Part shown: piece by piece, positions 39,183 through 49,879 of the stretch
Layout of the letters: every line of letters begins with the position of its first letter
Position numbering within the stretch: the stretch's first letter is position 1
DNA from: Candidatus Bathyarchaeota archaeon
GTDB lineage: Archaea; Thermoproteota; CALKCG01; B24; DRYS01
Length of the DNA: 64,000 nucleotides
Assembly (NCBI GenBank): GCA_018396535.1
Contig: JAGTQC010000004.1
Coordinates: forward strand, 96,569-160,568
Direction of reading: 5' to 3'
Made by a program: the position numbers and the translations under genes
The notes under the pieces: model-generated
Database searches by the model: none
What the model was told of the DNA's origin: nothing
The model's input: the letters and a program-made list of their open reading frames with translations, nothing else

Positions 39183-40955
39183 TTGATAGCTATGCAGGAA
39201 AGTAGTGCTGATACTCTACTACTATACGAGTATCTAGAGAGAGCGTCTTGGCTAGTAAGGGAGAATGCTAACTTTAACTACTCGTATAGCGGGTTACTAA
39301 GCTATGTAGCTAATACCTATCTTAGAGAATATGCTTTGAGAACTATGCCTCCAGAAGCTGCTAAAGCTCATCTAGAAGGTGATATACATATACATAACCT
39401 TGATAGCGGTAATCTTATACCATACTGTCATGGTGGGGATCTACTTCTCCTACTACGTATAGGTATAAGATCCCCTACTATAACTTCTCGTCCTGCTAAG
39501 CATTTCTCAGCTGTGGTAGATCATGTAGCTAACTATTTCCTTATGAGTCAAAACGAGTTTAGTGGTGCTCAAGCATTCTCTGATTTCGATACGATAGTAG
39601 CTCCGTTTATAGCGTACGATCATCTATCTTATAAGGAGGTTAAGCAGAATCTTCAGAAGCTAGTGTATAACTTGAATTTTACTACGAGGCAAAGCTTCCA
39701 ATCCCCGTTTACGAATCTAACCTTCAACCTCTGCTGTCCAGCTTACCTTGAGGAGCAGCATGTGATTATAGGTGGTGAAGAGAGGGAGGATACCTATGCT
39801 GACTTCCAGGATGAGGTAGAGATGGTTAACTTAGCTATGGCTGAGATATACATGGAGAGGGATGCAGCTGGTAGACCGTTCACATTCCCTATACCTACGG
39901 TTAACCTTACTAGACGGTTAAACTGGGATTCTGAAGCTCTCGATGCTATATTCGAAGTTGATTCTAAGCTTGGTACATACTATTTCATGAACTATCTAGG
40001 CTCAGGTATACCTGAGAATACTATGAGATCTATGTGTTGTAGACTTCTCATAGATCTGAGCCAGTTATCCTCGCCTAAAGGATTATTCACATCTGAGGGT
40101 GGTACGGGTAGTATAGGCGTGGTAAGCTTGAATATGGCTAGATTAGGATATCTAGCTAGGGATGAGGGGGATTTCTTCGATCGTCTAGATAGGCTTCTCG
40201 AGATAGCTAGGGAGTATCTTATGTTTAAATCTGAGATGATAGAGCGTTCGCTAGCTAAGGGGTTGATGCCGTTTGCTCAAGCCTACGGCTTCAACCCTGA
40301 TAGATACTTCAGGACTATAGGGGTTATAGGTTTAAACGAGATGTGTGTAAACTTTCTGGGGAAGCCTCTATCAGAATCTGTGGATTTCGTCGAGGAGGTA
40401 TTGCTCCATATAGGTGATAGGCTTAGGGAGTTTCAGATGGAGACTGGTAAGCTATGGAATCTAGAAGAGACTCCAGGTGAAGGTGCTAGCTATAGGCTTG
40501 CTAAGATCGATAGAGAGAGGTATCCTGGTATCTATACTAAGGGGCCTAGCTCTGCTCCATACTATACGACTGTATTGATACCTACGGATGAGGATATAAC
40601 GTTAACTGAGAGGTTGGAGATAGAGAGTAGGCTACTACCGCTGTTCTCTGGTGGAACTGTGTTTAGGATACATCTCGGTGAACCTATAGATGCTACCGTA
40701 GCTAAGAAGCTTATTAGAAGGATAGCTGAGAATTATCGTATACCATACATAGATCTAGCAGCTACATTCTCGGTCTGTCCTAGGGAGGCTTATATGATTC
40801 ACGGTGTATACGAGAAGTGTCCTAGATGTGGGGGTGGTATGGAGGTATATGCTAGGGTTGTAGGCTACTATAGGCCGGTATACAAGTGGAATCCAGGTAA
40901 ACAAGCAGAGTTTAGGGATAGGATCCTGGTAGGCTCTAGCTACCTATCCTTCTAG
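39183..40955 (+). CDS. nrdD: Anaerobic (class III) ribonucleoside-triphosphate reductase
   Basis: HIHNL, FTFPIPT, finger loop SMCCRL, TPGEG and glycyl-radical loop RVVGYYRPV. Confidence 0.93.
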   Translation: MIAMQESSADTLLLYEYLERASWLVRENANFNYSYSGLLSYVANTYLREYALRTMPPEAAKAHLEGDIHIHNLDSGNLIPYCHGGDLLLLLRIGIRSPTITSRPAKHFSAVVDHVANYFLMSQNEFSGAQAFSDFDTIVAPFIAYDHLSYKEVKQNLQKLVYNLNFTTRQSFQSPFTNLTFNLCCPAYLEEQHVIIGGEEREDTYADFQDEVEMVNLAMAEIYMERDAAGRPFTFPIPTVNLTRRLNWDSEALDAIFEVDSKLGTYYFMNYLGSGIPENTMRSMCCRLLIDLSQLSSPKGLFTSEGGTGSIGVVSLNMARLGYLARDEGDFFDRLDRLLEIAREYLMFKSEMIERSLAKGLMPFAQAYGFNPDRYFRTIGVIGLNEMCVNFLGKPLSESVDFVEEVLLHIGDRLREFQMETGKLWNLEETPGEGASYRLAKIDRERYPGIYTKGPSSAPYYTTVLIPTDEDITLTERLEIESRLLPLFSGGTVFRIHLGEPIDATVAKKLIRRIAENYRIPYIDLAATFSVCPREAYMIHGVYEKCPRCGGGMEVYARVVGYYRPVYKWNPGKQAEFRDRILVGSSYLSF

Positions 40956-41618
40956 TGTACCCATATAGGCTGCTACCTTACTCAATCCTTCATCAGGTAT
41001 GTTTAGGTCGAGCAGCTTATTGAATATTTGGAGAAGTCTTCTAGATGCTCCTGGATCAGGGTATACACCCGGGGTTTCTGCTAGTAGGCAGACCCCATCC
41101 ATACCGTATAGTGGAGCCATAGCCATCAGTATACCTGCAACTCCGTAGATTCTCCCCACCATAGGTTTAACACCTATCTTCTCAAGTCTATGCATCCATT
41201 CTAGGTTAACCGATACACCATAGACCTCCATACGAGGCTTCTGCTGTCCTACACCATATCCACCCATACATACTACGAGTCTACACCCCATACGTCTAGC
41301 TATACCTAGTATACGATTGCATAGCTCGTATTGGCCGTAGGGTGTGTAGGCTTGTGTATTCCCGTATAGTATGAGTAGATTCCTTCCAGCATTAGCTAGG
41401 TATAGCTGTGCTATCGATGGTTTTATAAGACCTTCAGCATCTATGAGGGATATATCCTGGAAGTATGGTGATCTTATATCGCATATAAGCCTTGCTTTAA
41501 GAGTTTTAATCATGTGTAGAGCTAGTATATTAGAGACGAAGCCTATCCCAGGAAGGCCTTCTACGAGTATCGGTTCACATTCTTCGAGTTCCCCATATAT
41601 CCTTACCATACTATGCAT
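40944..41618 (-). CDS. PAC2 family proteasome assembly chaperone-like protein
   Basis: LVEGLPGIGFV, GNTQ, MGGY and CLLAETPG..PDP. Confidence 0.88.
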   Translation of the reverse strand: MHSMVRIYGELEECEPILVEGLPGIGFVSNILALHMIKTLKARLICDIRSPYFQDISLIDAEGLIKPSIAQLYLANAGRNLLILYGNTQAYTPYGQYELCNRILGIARRMGCRLVVCMGGYGVGQQKPRMEVYGVSVNLEWMHRLEKIGVKPMVGRIYGVAGILMAMAPLYGMDGVCLLAETPGVYPDPGASRRLLQIFNKLLDLNIPDEGLSKVAAYMGTLEG

Positions 41619-43359
41619 ATCCTCCCCCTCCTATAGAATCTCTAACTTTAACAGCTACCCCCCTCTTAACCTCACCCATCTCCACTCCTGAGAGTATGGC
41701 TTCTCCTACAGCTAATACTCTACCACTATTACTTAACACTACGATAACCTCACCTGGTATTATAAGTGGATCCGCCTCTAATATGTACCATCCTAGGACA
41801 TCCCCACCCATAGCAACCTTCTCCTCTACTATATCGGAGGCGATAAGCCTAACCTTATACCTTCTACCAGGTAGTATACTAGCTAATCTCGTAGCTGCTG
41901 GTATCTGTAGTAGTAGTAGACCATCTCTAGGTCTTACCGTAGCTAGGAGCCTCCCATTCAGCCATATCCTACGTATACGTCCTGTTCTACGACTCTTCTC
42001 TATAACACAGCCGTCTGGGAATAGCTTAACACCTACTCCATATCCAAACTGGTAATCTGCTAATACTCTCACAACTTCTAGATCATCGTAATCCCTCTCA
42101 TCGAATCTAAATAGCTCGATCGATGCTTCATGCTGACCGAAGGGCCATATAATCCTTAACGCTCTAGGTGTTATAGATGTTTTAAGCCTATATCCAACTC
42201 TCCTAACAGCTCTACGATAATCGGGTCTGAGTAATGTTTCACAACCGGTGTAAAGTAGTGCAGATCTCTTCGTTATAGGATCTAGCTTCTCATAATAGCT
42301 GCTATACATCCTAAGGATTCTATACGTAGCTTCTAGGAGTGTAGGATGGCTTCTAGCTCTTATAGATACCAGCTCCCATAGCCTACCCTCATGTATAGCC
42401 TGCTTTACTAACTCCACCTCCCTTAGGATAACGTATAGGTTATGTCTAGCTAGGATCCTCACCCTCAACCCTCTATCCATAGACTTTAACTCATCGATAG
42501 ATATACTTCTACAAACCGGGCAGTTACAGGGTAGGTATTCGAGTTTATCAAGTTTTTTAGTACCATACTCGGTCATATATCTATCATCCTCAGCGTATAG
42601 AGCATAGCTAGCTGAATCGAATATATCATAGCCTATAGCTACGAGTAGGGGTATCGCTATAGGATGGCCTATCCCGAACGCGTGTCGAGGCTTTCCTACA
42701 GGTAGATTCTGAGCTACGGTAACACCTTGCAACGCTATCTCTGTAAACCTATACTCCCTCCATAACCTTGGTGGAACACCTACAGCATATATATCGAAGG
42801 GGTAGTTGGACATATACCTGCAGGATAACTCTACTAGATCTGTATAACCTCCACCCTGGATAGCCCCCTCCCATGATATACCATCTTCTCTACGAATACT
42901 ATACCACTCCCTTGCTCTCCTAGCAGTAGCTATAACACTCTCGTAAACCTCTCTCCTACTCTCATATCTAGATGGTACATCCAGCATCACACCTACATCT
43001 GAACGTATATCCTCCTGAAACCTTACTATCTCATACTGACTAATCTCTATCTCACCCTTGAACATCTGGTATGCTCCAGAATCTGTGAATACTACTCCAT
43101 CGAAATTAAGAAATCTATGAATACCCTCAGAGATTAGGAGCTGTCTCAACTCCGGCTTCCTGTATAGTATATACGCATTCGTCATCAATGCTTCAAGCTT
43201 AAATTCCTCCCTAAACTCTCTAGGCGTAATCATAGGTTTACTAGGATTATATACTGGGAGGAATAGCGGTGTAGTAAGCCTCCTACCTCCGACTGTTATA
43301 CGACATACCCTTCCACCAGCATCCCTCTCCCTAATCTCCATCTGGATCCTAGGCAACAC
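41611..43359 (-). CDS. tgtA: Archaeosine tRNA-guanine(15) transglycosylase with C-terminal PUA domain
   Basis: TPLFLPV, TDSGAYQ, HAFGIGHP, DIFDSASY, CNCPVC...HNL and PUA domain. Confidence 0.93.
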   Translation of the reverse strand: MLPRIQMEIRERDAGGRVCRITVGGRRLTTPLFLPVYNPSKPMITPREFREEFKLEALMTNAYILYRKPELRQLLISEGIHRFLNFDGVVFTDSGAYQMFKGEIEISQYEIVRFQEDIRSDVGVMLDVPSRYESRREVYESVIATARRAREWYSIRREDGISWEGAIQGGGYTDLVELSCRYMSNYPFDIYAVGVPPRLWREYRFTEIALQGVTVAQNLPVGKPRHAFGIGHPIAIPLLVAIGYDIFDSASYALYAEDDRYMTEYGTKKLDKLEYLPCNCPVCRSISIDELKSMDRGLRVRILARHNLYVILREVELVKQAIHEGRLWELVSIRARSHPTLLEATYRILRMYSSYYEKLDPITKRSALLYTGCETLLRPDYRRAVRRVGYRLKTSITPRALRIIWPFGQHEASIELFRFDERDYDDLEVVRVLADYQFGYGVGVKLFPDGCVIEKSRRTGRIRRIWLNGRLLATVRPRDGLLLLQIPAATRLASILPGRRYKVRLIASDIVEEKVAMGGDVLGWYILEADPLIIPGEVIVVLSNSGRVLAVGEAILSGVEMGEVKRGVAVKVRDSIGGGGYA

Positions 43360-43438
43360 TATCCCTCCTCCATAACCAGGGTTGAAGCATATACTCTACC
43401 TATGGTAGAGTATTATAGTTTATCATAGTTGCCATGAT

Positions 43439-43948
43439 CTATGCCTGCATCCATCTTCTAATAACCTTAGCTGTATCTATAACAAGCTTGTATATGGAGC
43501 ATATATCCTTGTTAAACTTCAACCCCATACCGGTATACTTACGAGCTAGTACGACTATATTATTCTCAGCTAAACCTACTGTCGGATCTATAAGTAGAAT
43601 TTCCGGCTTAGCTTCTTGAAGCTTCTCTGATAGAGAATAGTTGATAAGGCTTCTTAGATCATCATCTAAGCATTCTATCTCAAACCTTCTTTTAACACCT
43701 GGTGATAGAGATATCTTACAGTATGCTCTCGAAGCCTTATACTTGATATCATCCGTATACTCTATTATAGTTGAGAATTCGTGTAGCCTTTCGAATCCTA
43801 GGAGAAAGCCCATATAAACTGGTCTATAGTATATGGTGGCAGCATCTACATCACCAGTATAAAACGCTATCCTACCGCCACCCACCCTCTCATAGCTTTT
43901 ATACAACCCTTCTAAAGCTCTAACTACATCAGATTTCAGTTTAGACAT
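43439..43948 (-). CDS. Hypothetical protein
   Basis: 169-aa ATG ORF filling the gap between tgtA and xpf; no motif recognised. Confidence 0.6.
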   Translation of the reverse strand: MSKLKSDVVRALEGLYKSYERVGGGRIAFYTGDVDAATIYYRPVYMGFLLGFERLHEFSTIIEYTDDIKYKASRAYCKISLSPGVKRRFEIECLDDDLRSLINYSLSEKLQEAKPEILLIDPTVGLAENNIVVLARKYTGMGLKFNKDICSIYKLVIDTAKVIRRWMQA

Positions 43949-43997
43949 GCTTCTTACACTAAGATTAAGTTTATAGTGCGTAGTAGATAAACCTGAC

Positions 43998-44711
43998 TTG
44001 AACAGTATGATAACTGGGAGACCTAGGATAATAGTAGATGCTAGAGAAGAGCCTACAGGTATTGTAAAGCTTTTGAAGAAGGAGGATGTAGAGCCTATAA
44101 TCGAGAAGCTTGAAGTAGCTGATTACGTATTATCAGATGAGGTTGCAGTTGAACGTAAGGATGTAGAGGATTTCGTTAATTCGATATTCGATGGTAGACT
44201 ATTCGATCAGGTTAGAAATCTCAAATCATCCTTCGATACATCTATAATCATAGTGGAGGGTGATCCTAGATCGATCTGTAAGAGAGTTAGGAATGCGAGG
44301 ATATATTTCGGAGCATTATCCTCACTCATATTGGATTATGGTGTAAGCATCGCTCAGACAGCGAGTATAGATGAAACAGCTACTCTTCTAGCATGTCTAG
44401 CTAAGAGGATATCTAGAACTAAGCCTTCTAAACCTGTAACTGTAAGGCTTCCTAAACCCCCATCCTCCCTACCTCCACAGATAGCTACGCTTGCTACGCT
44501 TCCAGGAGTTGGTATAACCCTTGCGAAGAGGCTTCTAGATCATTTCGGTAGTCTAGGATCGATATTCAACGCATCTGCTGTAGAACTTAGTAGAGTAGAT
44601 GGTATCGGATGGAGTAAAGCTTTAGCTATAAAAAGCTATATAACCGAGGATGTGCGTTCTAGGAGGGAGAGCGGTAGGATAGGTAGACTAGACTCTATGG
44701 ATAATGTGTAA
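43998..44711 (+). CDS. xpf: XPF/ERCC4 structure-specific endonuclease, short form (nuclease plus HhH2)
   Basis: VDARE, ADYV, VERK..DF and LPGVG/VDGIG HhH motifs. Confidence 0.9.
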   Translation: MNSMITGRPRIIVDAREEPTGIVKLLKKEDVEPIIEKLEVADYVLSDEVAVERKDVEDFVNSIFDGRLFDQVRNLKSSFDTSIIIVEGDPRSICKRVRNARIYFGALSSLILDYGVSIAQTASIDETATLLACLAKRISRTKPSKPVTVRLPKPPSSLPPQIATLATLPGVGITLAKRLLDHFGSLGSIFNASAVELSRVDGIGWSKALAIKSYITEDVRSRRESGRIGRLDSMDNV

Positions 44712-44823
44712 ACCGATTTATCTAGGGTGATTCAACTATAATCTTAGGTAGTATGTATAGCTAAGCTCTATGCTTCACATACATTGATATCTCTGTTTAC
44801 GTAGTTCTGTATATTAGGATTAG

Positions 44824-45390
44824 ATGATGATCGAGCTTCACCTAGGATTTAGACAGAAGCTTAAAGCAGTCTTTGAAAGCTCTCTCCATCAAGAGGTTAA
44901 GCTTATAGCGTTAGCAGATTTCCAAGGTATAGATATCGAGGGATTTAGGATACCAGGCTTCAAGAAGGATTCAGAGGTTAAGCTCCCATTATGGATCGCT
45001 ATAGAGCTTGTTAAAACTGGTATAGCTAAGTTTAAGGAAGGGGAGGAGCTGGATTTGAAAACGTTATCTAAGATACACTGGATCGAAGTTATACAACCTT
45101 CTAGAACTATATCACCTCTACCTGAAAACTTCTATCTCAAGCTGAAGCTGTATATGGATGAGCTTAAATCTAGGATAACTCGCGAAGCTGATAGGATAGA
45201 CGAGTATAAGAAGGTTTTAACGATGGCTGGGGATATAGTCTCTAGTAGGTTACGTAAGATAGTTGAGTTAACGCTTGCTAGACAGACTACGCAGATCCTA
45301 TCCAATCTAACGATAGAGGAGAGGATACTATACGATGGGGTTAGAGAGGTTTTAGAATCTTGGAGGAGCCTATACTGGGTGGGGAGCTAG
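44824..45390 (+). CDS. GINS subunit (Gins23/Psf2-like)
   Basis: EVKLPLWIAIEL, LPENFY, RLRKI and LTIEER; abuts mcm. Confidence 0.85.
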   Translation: MMIELHLGFRQKLKAVFESSLHQEVKLIALADFQGIDIEGFRIPGFKKDSEVKLPLWIAIELVKTGIAKFKEGEELDLKTLSKIHWIEVIQPSRTISPLPENFYLKLKLYMDELKSRITREADRIDEYKKVLTMAGDIVSSRLRKIVELTLARQTTQILSNLTIEERILYDGVREVLESWRSLYWVGS

Positions 45391-47436
45391 ATGGAGAGGA
45401 CGTTTAACATAGCTGATAGATTCCAGGATTTCCTTAGAACATTCAGATCTGATGATGGCTCCTTCAAATATCGTGAACAACTCGTACAGATAGCTTCTCT
45501 AGGTCTTAAAAGTCTTAGAGTTAGCTTCATAGATCTAAGGATATACGATGAGGAATTAGCAGTATATGTGCAGAGGTATCCTAGTAAAGCTTTATCAGAT
45601 CTAGAGAAGGCTGCTTTCGATCAGCTTAAGATAGAAGCGAGAGATTATGCTGAGAGGGTTGGTAGGATTAACGTAAGATTCAAAGATTTAATGGAGACGA
45701 TACCCCTTAGGAAGATCTGCGTAGATCATCTAGGACAGCTAGTACAGTTTGAAGGTATCATCGTCCGTGCGACTGCTGTATACCCACTCCTAACTAGAGC
45801 TACCTTCGTATGTAGGGTTTGCGGCCATACCTCTGAACCTATACCTCAGGAGGAGAGTATGGCTATAGTATCACCTTCTATATGCCCGAATTGTAAGAAG
45901 AATAGCTGGAAGCTACTCGAAGATAGGTCTGAGTTCATAAACTATCAAGAGCTTAGAGTTCAGGAGAGACCTGAGGATCTACCTCCAGGTCAGATACCTA
46001 GGTGGATAGATATAGTAGCTACAGATGATCTAGTCGATGCAGCTAGACCTGGGGATAGCGTCGTAGTTACAGGAATAGTTAAAGCTAAGCCTCAAGCATT
46101 ACCTGGTAAGGGTAAGCTTCGTATATTCAATCTGGTAATCGAAGCTAACAATATAGAGGTTAAGGGTAAGGAGCCTGAGCAGGTGGAGATAACTATAGAG
46201 GAGGAGGAGAGGATTAGGAGGATGGCTTCAGATCCGAATATATACGAGAGGCTTAAAGCATCCATAGCTCCAGCTATATACGGGTATGAAGATGTTAAGG
46301 AAGCTATAGTATACCTGCTATTCGGTGGCGTCCCGATAATAGTAGGTGGGAATCAGATTAGAGGCGATGTGAATATACTCATCATAGGGGATCCAGGTAC
46401 TGGGAAGAGTCAGCTTCTACAGTATGTTCATAGAGTTGCTCCTAGAGGTTTATACACACATGGGAGGGGTACTACCGCTGCTGGGTTAACGGCTGCTGTA
46501 GTACGGGATAGGGGTGGAGCTATGGCTCTGGAAGCAGGGGCTCTAGTATTATCCGATAGAGGTGTATGCGCTATAGATGAGATAGATAAGATGAGACCTG
46601 AGGATAGGGTTGCTATGCATGAAGCTATGGAACAGCAGACGGTTTCTATAGCTAAGGGCGGCATCGTCGCTACGCTTAACGCTCGTACATCTATAATAGC
46701 TGCTGCAAACCCAGCTTTCGGTAGATATGATCCGCTTAGAACTGTCGCGGATAATATAAACCTACCAGTATCCATACTATCTAGATTCGATCTAATCTTC
46801 GTATTGAGAGATAAGCCTGATAAATCTCTAGATACACGTATCGCTGAGCATGTACTGATGCTTCATACTACGCGAGAGCTCCCTGTAGCTCCACCGATAG
46901 AACCAGAGTTTCTCAGGAAGTATATAGCTTACGCTAAGAGGATTAACCCTAAGCTTTCGAAGGAGGCTATGGAGAGGATTAAAGACTTCTATCTGAGGAT
47001 GAGAGCTCTATCCGAAAGCTCAGGTTCGCCTATAGCTATAACTGTTAGACAGCTTGAATCTATCATAAGGCTAGCCGAGGCTAGGGCTAGAGCTGCTCTA
47101 AGAGATACCGTAACCGTAGAGGATGCTGAAGCAGCTATAAGGCTTATGGAGGTGACGTTAGAGCAGGTAGGCTTCGATATAGCTTCAGGTAAGATAGATA
47201 TAGATATAATAATGACTGGGAAACCGAAAAGTATGAGAGATAAGCTTCAGCTGATTTTATCCGTAGTATCTAAGCTAGAGAAGGAGGGTGGTGCAGCTAG
47301 TAGGGATGATCTAGTTAAAATACTAGAGGAGGAATACGGTATGGATAAAACCGAATCTGTCAAACTTATAAATCAGATGCTTAAAGAAGGGACTCTATAT
47401 GAGCATAGACCCGGCTTCCTAAAGAAGACTATGTAG
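45391..47436 (+). CDS. mcm: Replicative helicase MCM
   Basis: C4 zinc finger, GDPGTGKS, IDEIDKM, AAANP, LSRFD and wHTH; no intein. Confidence 0.98.
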   Translation: MERTFNIADRFQDFLRTFRSDDGSFKYREQLVQIASLGLKSLRVSFIDLRIYDEELAVYVQRYPSKALSDLEKAAFDQLKIEARDYAERVGRINVRFKDLMETIPLRKICVDHLGQLVQFEGIIVRATAVYPLLTRATFVCRVCGHTSEPIPQEESMAIVSPSICPNCKKNSWKLLEDRSEFINYQELRVQERPEDLPPGQIPRWIDIVATDDLVDAARPGDSVVVTGIVKAKPQALPGKGKLRIFNLVIEANNIEVKGKEPEQVEITIEEEERIRRMASDPNIYERLKASIAPAIYGYEDVKEAIVYLLFGGVPIIVGGNQIRGDVNILIIGDPGTGKSQLLQYVHRVAPRGLYTHGRGTTAAGLTAAVVRDRGGAMALEAGALVLSDRGVCAIDEIDKMRPEDRVAMHEAMEQQTVSIAKGGIVATLNARTSIIAAANPAFGRYDPLRTVADNINLPVSILSRFDLIFVLRDKPDKSLDTRIAEHVLMLHTTRELPVAPPIEPEFLRKYIAYAKRINPKLSKEAMERIKDFYLRMRALSESSGSPIAITVRQLESIIRLAEARARAALRDTVTVEDAEAAIRLMEVTLEQVGFDIASGKIDIDIIMTGKPKSMRDKLQLILSVVSKLEKEGGAASRDDLVKILEEEYGMDKTESVKLINQMLKEGTLYEHRPGFLKKTM

Positions 47437-47466
47437 CTCCACCATGTAGCATGGTGGTTTAAATCT

Positions 47467-49629
47467 ATGCGTATAAGAGATCTACCGATACCTAAGGATG
47501 TATCGAGTATAATCGAGTGGAAGGGTATCGATACCCTATACCCACCTCAAAGGGATGCTCTAACTAGGAGTGATGTATTGAAGGGTAGAAACCTACTTCT
47601 CGCCACCCCTACAGCTAGCGGTAAAACCCTAGTAGCCGAGATATGCGGGTTAAAGCATGTATACGAAGGTAAGGGTAAAATCCTATATTTAACGCCTCTT
47701 AGAGCTCTAGCTTTCGAAAAGTATCGTGAGTTTAAGATAGATGAAGAGCTTGCATCCAAGCTGGGTTGGAGGTTAAAGGTTGCTTTAACCGTAGGCGATT
47801 ATGATAGTGAGGATAGATGGCTCTCGAATTATGATTGGATAGTTACAACTAACGAGAAATGCGATTCTCTAATCAGGCATAAAGCTCCATGGCTTAAGGA
47901 TGTATCTCTACTAGTAGTAGATGAGATACACTACATAAACGATCCAGATAGAGGCCCAACTCTCGAAGTTCTCCTAACTAAGATTCGCTACTATAAGCCT
48001 AATACTCAGATACTAGCTTTAAGCGCTACGGTGAGGAATGTAGAAGAGATAGCTAGATGGCTTGATGCAGATTATGTTGTATCTAACTGGAGGCCTGTTA
48101 AACTTACCGAGGGCGTGGTTTACGGTGGACAGGTTATATACTCAGACGGCTGTAGGAGTATGTTAAGTAATAGGTTTAATGATCCTATCCTAGATGTAGC
48201 TGTAGATACAATAAGGAATGGAGGCCAAATCCTAGTCTTCACGAATACTAGGAAGAATGCTGTATCTACGGCTAGAAAGCTATCTGGGATCGTATACGAA
48301 TTACTAACTAGTGAGGAGAGGGTTAAGCTTAGGTCTATATCTAAGATGATCCTGGAGACGGGTGAAACTAGACTCCCCAACTCTGACATACTATCAGAGC
48401 TTATACGTAGAGGCACAGCTTTCCACCATGCTGGGCTACATAATGATCATAGAAGTATAGTAGAAGACTATTTCCGCAGTGGCTTGATTAAAGCCTTAGC
48501 AGCTACACCCACCCTAGCTGCGGGTGTAAACCTTCCAGCTAGAGTTGTCGTAATCTCAAGCTACTATAGGTTTGAACCAGATACAGGTTATAACGAGATA
48601 TCTGTTATGGAGTATAAACAGATGGCTGGGAGAGCTGGTAGACCTAGATACGATAAGGAAGGGCTTGCTCTACTTATAGCTAAGGATGAAGATGAGGTCG
48701 AATATCTTATGGATAGATATATCCTCGCTGAAGCTGAGATATTGAGATCTAAGCTTAGATCGGAGAATGTATTGAGGAGCCATATCCTTGGGGTTATAGC
48801 TTCAGAAGAATCTATGAGTATGAGTATGCTTCTAAGATTCTTTAGTAGATCCCTATTTGCAAAACAGAATTCCTTCGATACGTTCAAGCAGACTATCGAT
48901 AGAATTCTCGATTTCCTATCGAAGCATAGGATGGTCGAGTTTGATGGAAGCAATGTATACGCTACTAAGCTGGGTAAAAGGGTATCTGAACTATACATAG
49001 ATCCACTCTCAGCTGTTATACTCGAAAAGAGTCTCCGTATAGTAGGTGAACCTACAATCTTCACTCTACTCTATACCATAGCTTCGATGCCTGATCTCGA
49101 ACCTAAACTATATCCTTCTAGAGCTGAGGTATCGAAACTCGAGCAGATACTAGATAGCAAGTATATGGAGCTACCCTTGGATAGCGAATGGTATACGAGC
49201 GTAGGCTATATAGAGGCCCTAGCTTATCTAAAGACCGCTTTAACTCTTGAAGCTTGGATAGAGGAGGAGGGTGAGGAGAGGATATATGAGTTATTTAACG
49301 TAGAGCCTGGCGATCTCTTTAGATTAACATCGACTGCTTCTTGGCTTCTATACGCTTCCTCAGAGTTAAGCCCGCTTATAGGTTATAGCAATCTAAGTAG
49401 CGTGTTAAAACTGCTTAAGGATAGAATGGAGGCCGGTGTTAAACCTGAGCTATTACCTTTAGTGAAGTTAGAGGGTGTAGGTAGGGTTAGAGCTAGGAAT
49501 CTCTATAAAGCTGGGTTTAAGGATCTAGAATCTTTACGTAACGCGAAGGTGGAGGATTTGGTGAAGATCCCGTCGATAGGTATAGCTATAGCGAATAGGA
49601 TAATAGAGCAGGTTAAGGGTATAGTGTAA
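47467..49629 (+). CDS. hel308: Hel308/Hjm SF2 DNA helicase
   Basis: PTASGKT, DEIH, LSAT, TPTLAAGVNLPA, QMAGRAGRP and GVGRVRAR. Confidence 0.95.
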   Translation: MRIRDLPIPKDVSSIIEWKGIDTLYPPQRDALTRSDVLKGRNLLLATPTASGKTLVAEICGLKHVYEGKGKILYLTPLRALAFEKYREFKIDEELASKLGWRLKVALTVGDYDSEDRWLSNYDWIVTTNEKCDSLIRHKAPWLKDVSLLVVDEIHYINDPDRGPTLEVLLTKIRYYKPNTQILALSATVRNVEEIARWLDADYVVSNWRPVKLTEGVVYGGQVIYSDGCRSMLSNRFNDPILDVAVDTIRNGGQILVFTNTRKNAVSTARKLSGIVYELLTSEERVKLRSISKMILETGETRLPNSDILSELIRRGTAFHHAGLHNDHRSIVEDYFRSGLIKALAATPTLAAGVNLPARVVVISSYYRFEPDTGYNEISVMEYKQMAGRAGRPRYDKEGLALLIAKDEDEVEYLMDRYILAEAEILRSKLRSENVLRSHILGVIASEESMSMSMLLRFFSRSLFAKQNSFDTFKQTIDRILDFLSKHRMVEFDGSNVYATKLGKRVSELYIDPLSAVILEKSLRIVGEPTIFTLLYTIASMPDLEPKLYPSRAEVSKLEQILDSKYMELPLDSEWYTSVGYIEALAYLKTALTLEAWIEEEGEERIYELFNVEPGDLFRLTSTASWLLYASSELSPLIGYSNLSSVLKLLKDRMEAGVKPELLPLVKLEGVGRVRARNLYKAGFKDLESLRNAKVEDLVKIPSIGIAIANRIIEQVKGIV

Positions 49630-49633
49630 GCCT

Positions 49634-49879
49634 CTACTCTTCCCCTCCTCCCTCCACCTCCTCCTCGTATACCTCTTCTACGGTCTCCGTTTTCATAAAC
49701 CTTTTAGCATACGATGTTAGATAGCCTGCTATACTATTTCTAAGGAACTTAGATTCTATACCTAGAACCTTAGCTACCAGTTCCTTATTCTTATCGAACT
49801 CTACTGATACTTGATCACCATATTTCTCGAATATCAGCTTCGCCATCCTCTTTACGAGAGCAGGTCTTATATTGCCTAT
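49634..49879 (-). CDS. rps17e: 30S ribosomal protein S17e, probable ATA start
   Basis: (M)GNIRPALVKR...FDKNKELV...SKFLRNSIAGYLT; SD GGGGTGA 6 nt before ATA. Confidence 0.9.
   Translation of the reverse strand: MGNIRPALVKRMAKLIFEKYGDQVSVEFDKNKELVAKVLGIESKFLRNSIAGYLTSYAKRFMKTETVEEVYEEEVEGGGEE

Noticed and set aside
39183-49629. Inteins or further introns in nrdD, tgtA, mcm and hel308 (and cdc48)
   Set aside because: Protein lengths and motif spacing are normal, with no insertions or frame breaks by eye; a computational BHB scan would still be worthwhile.
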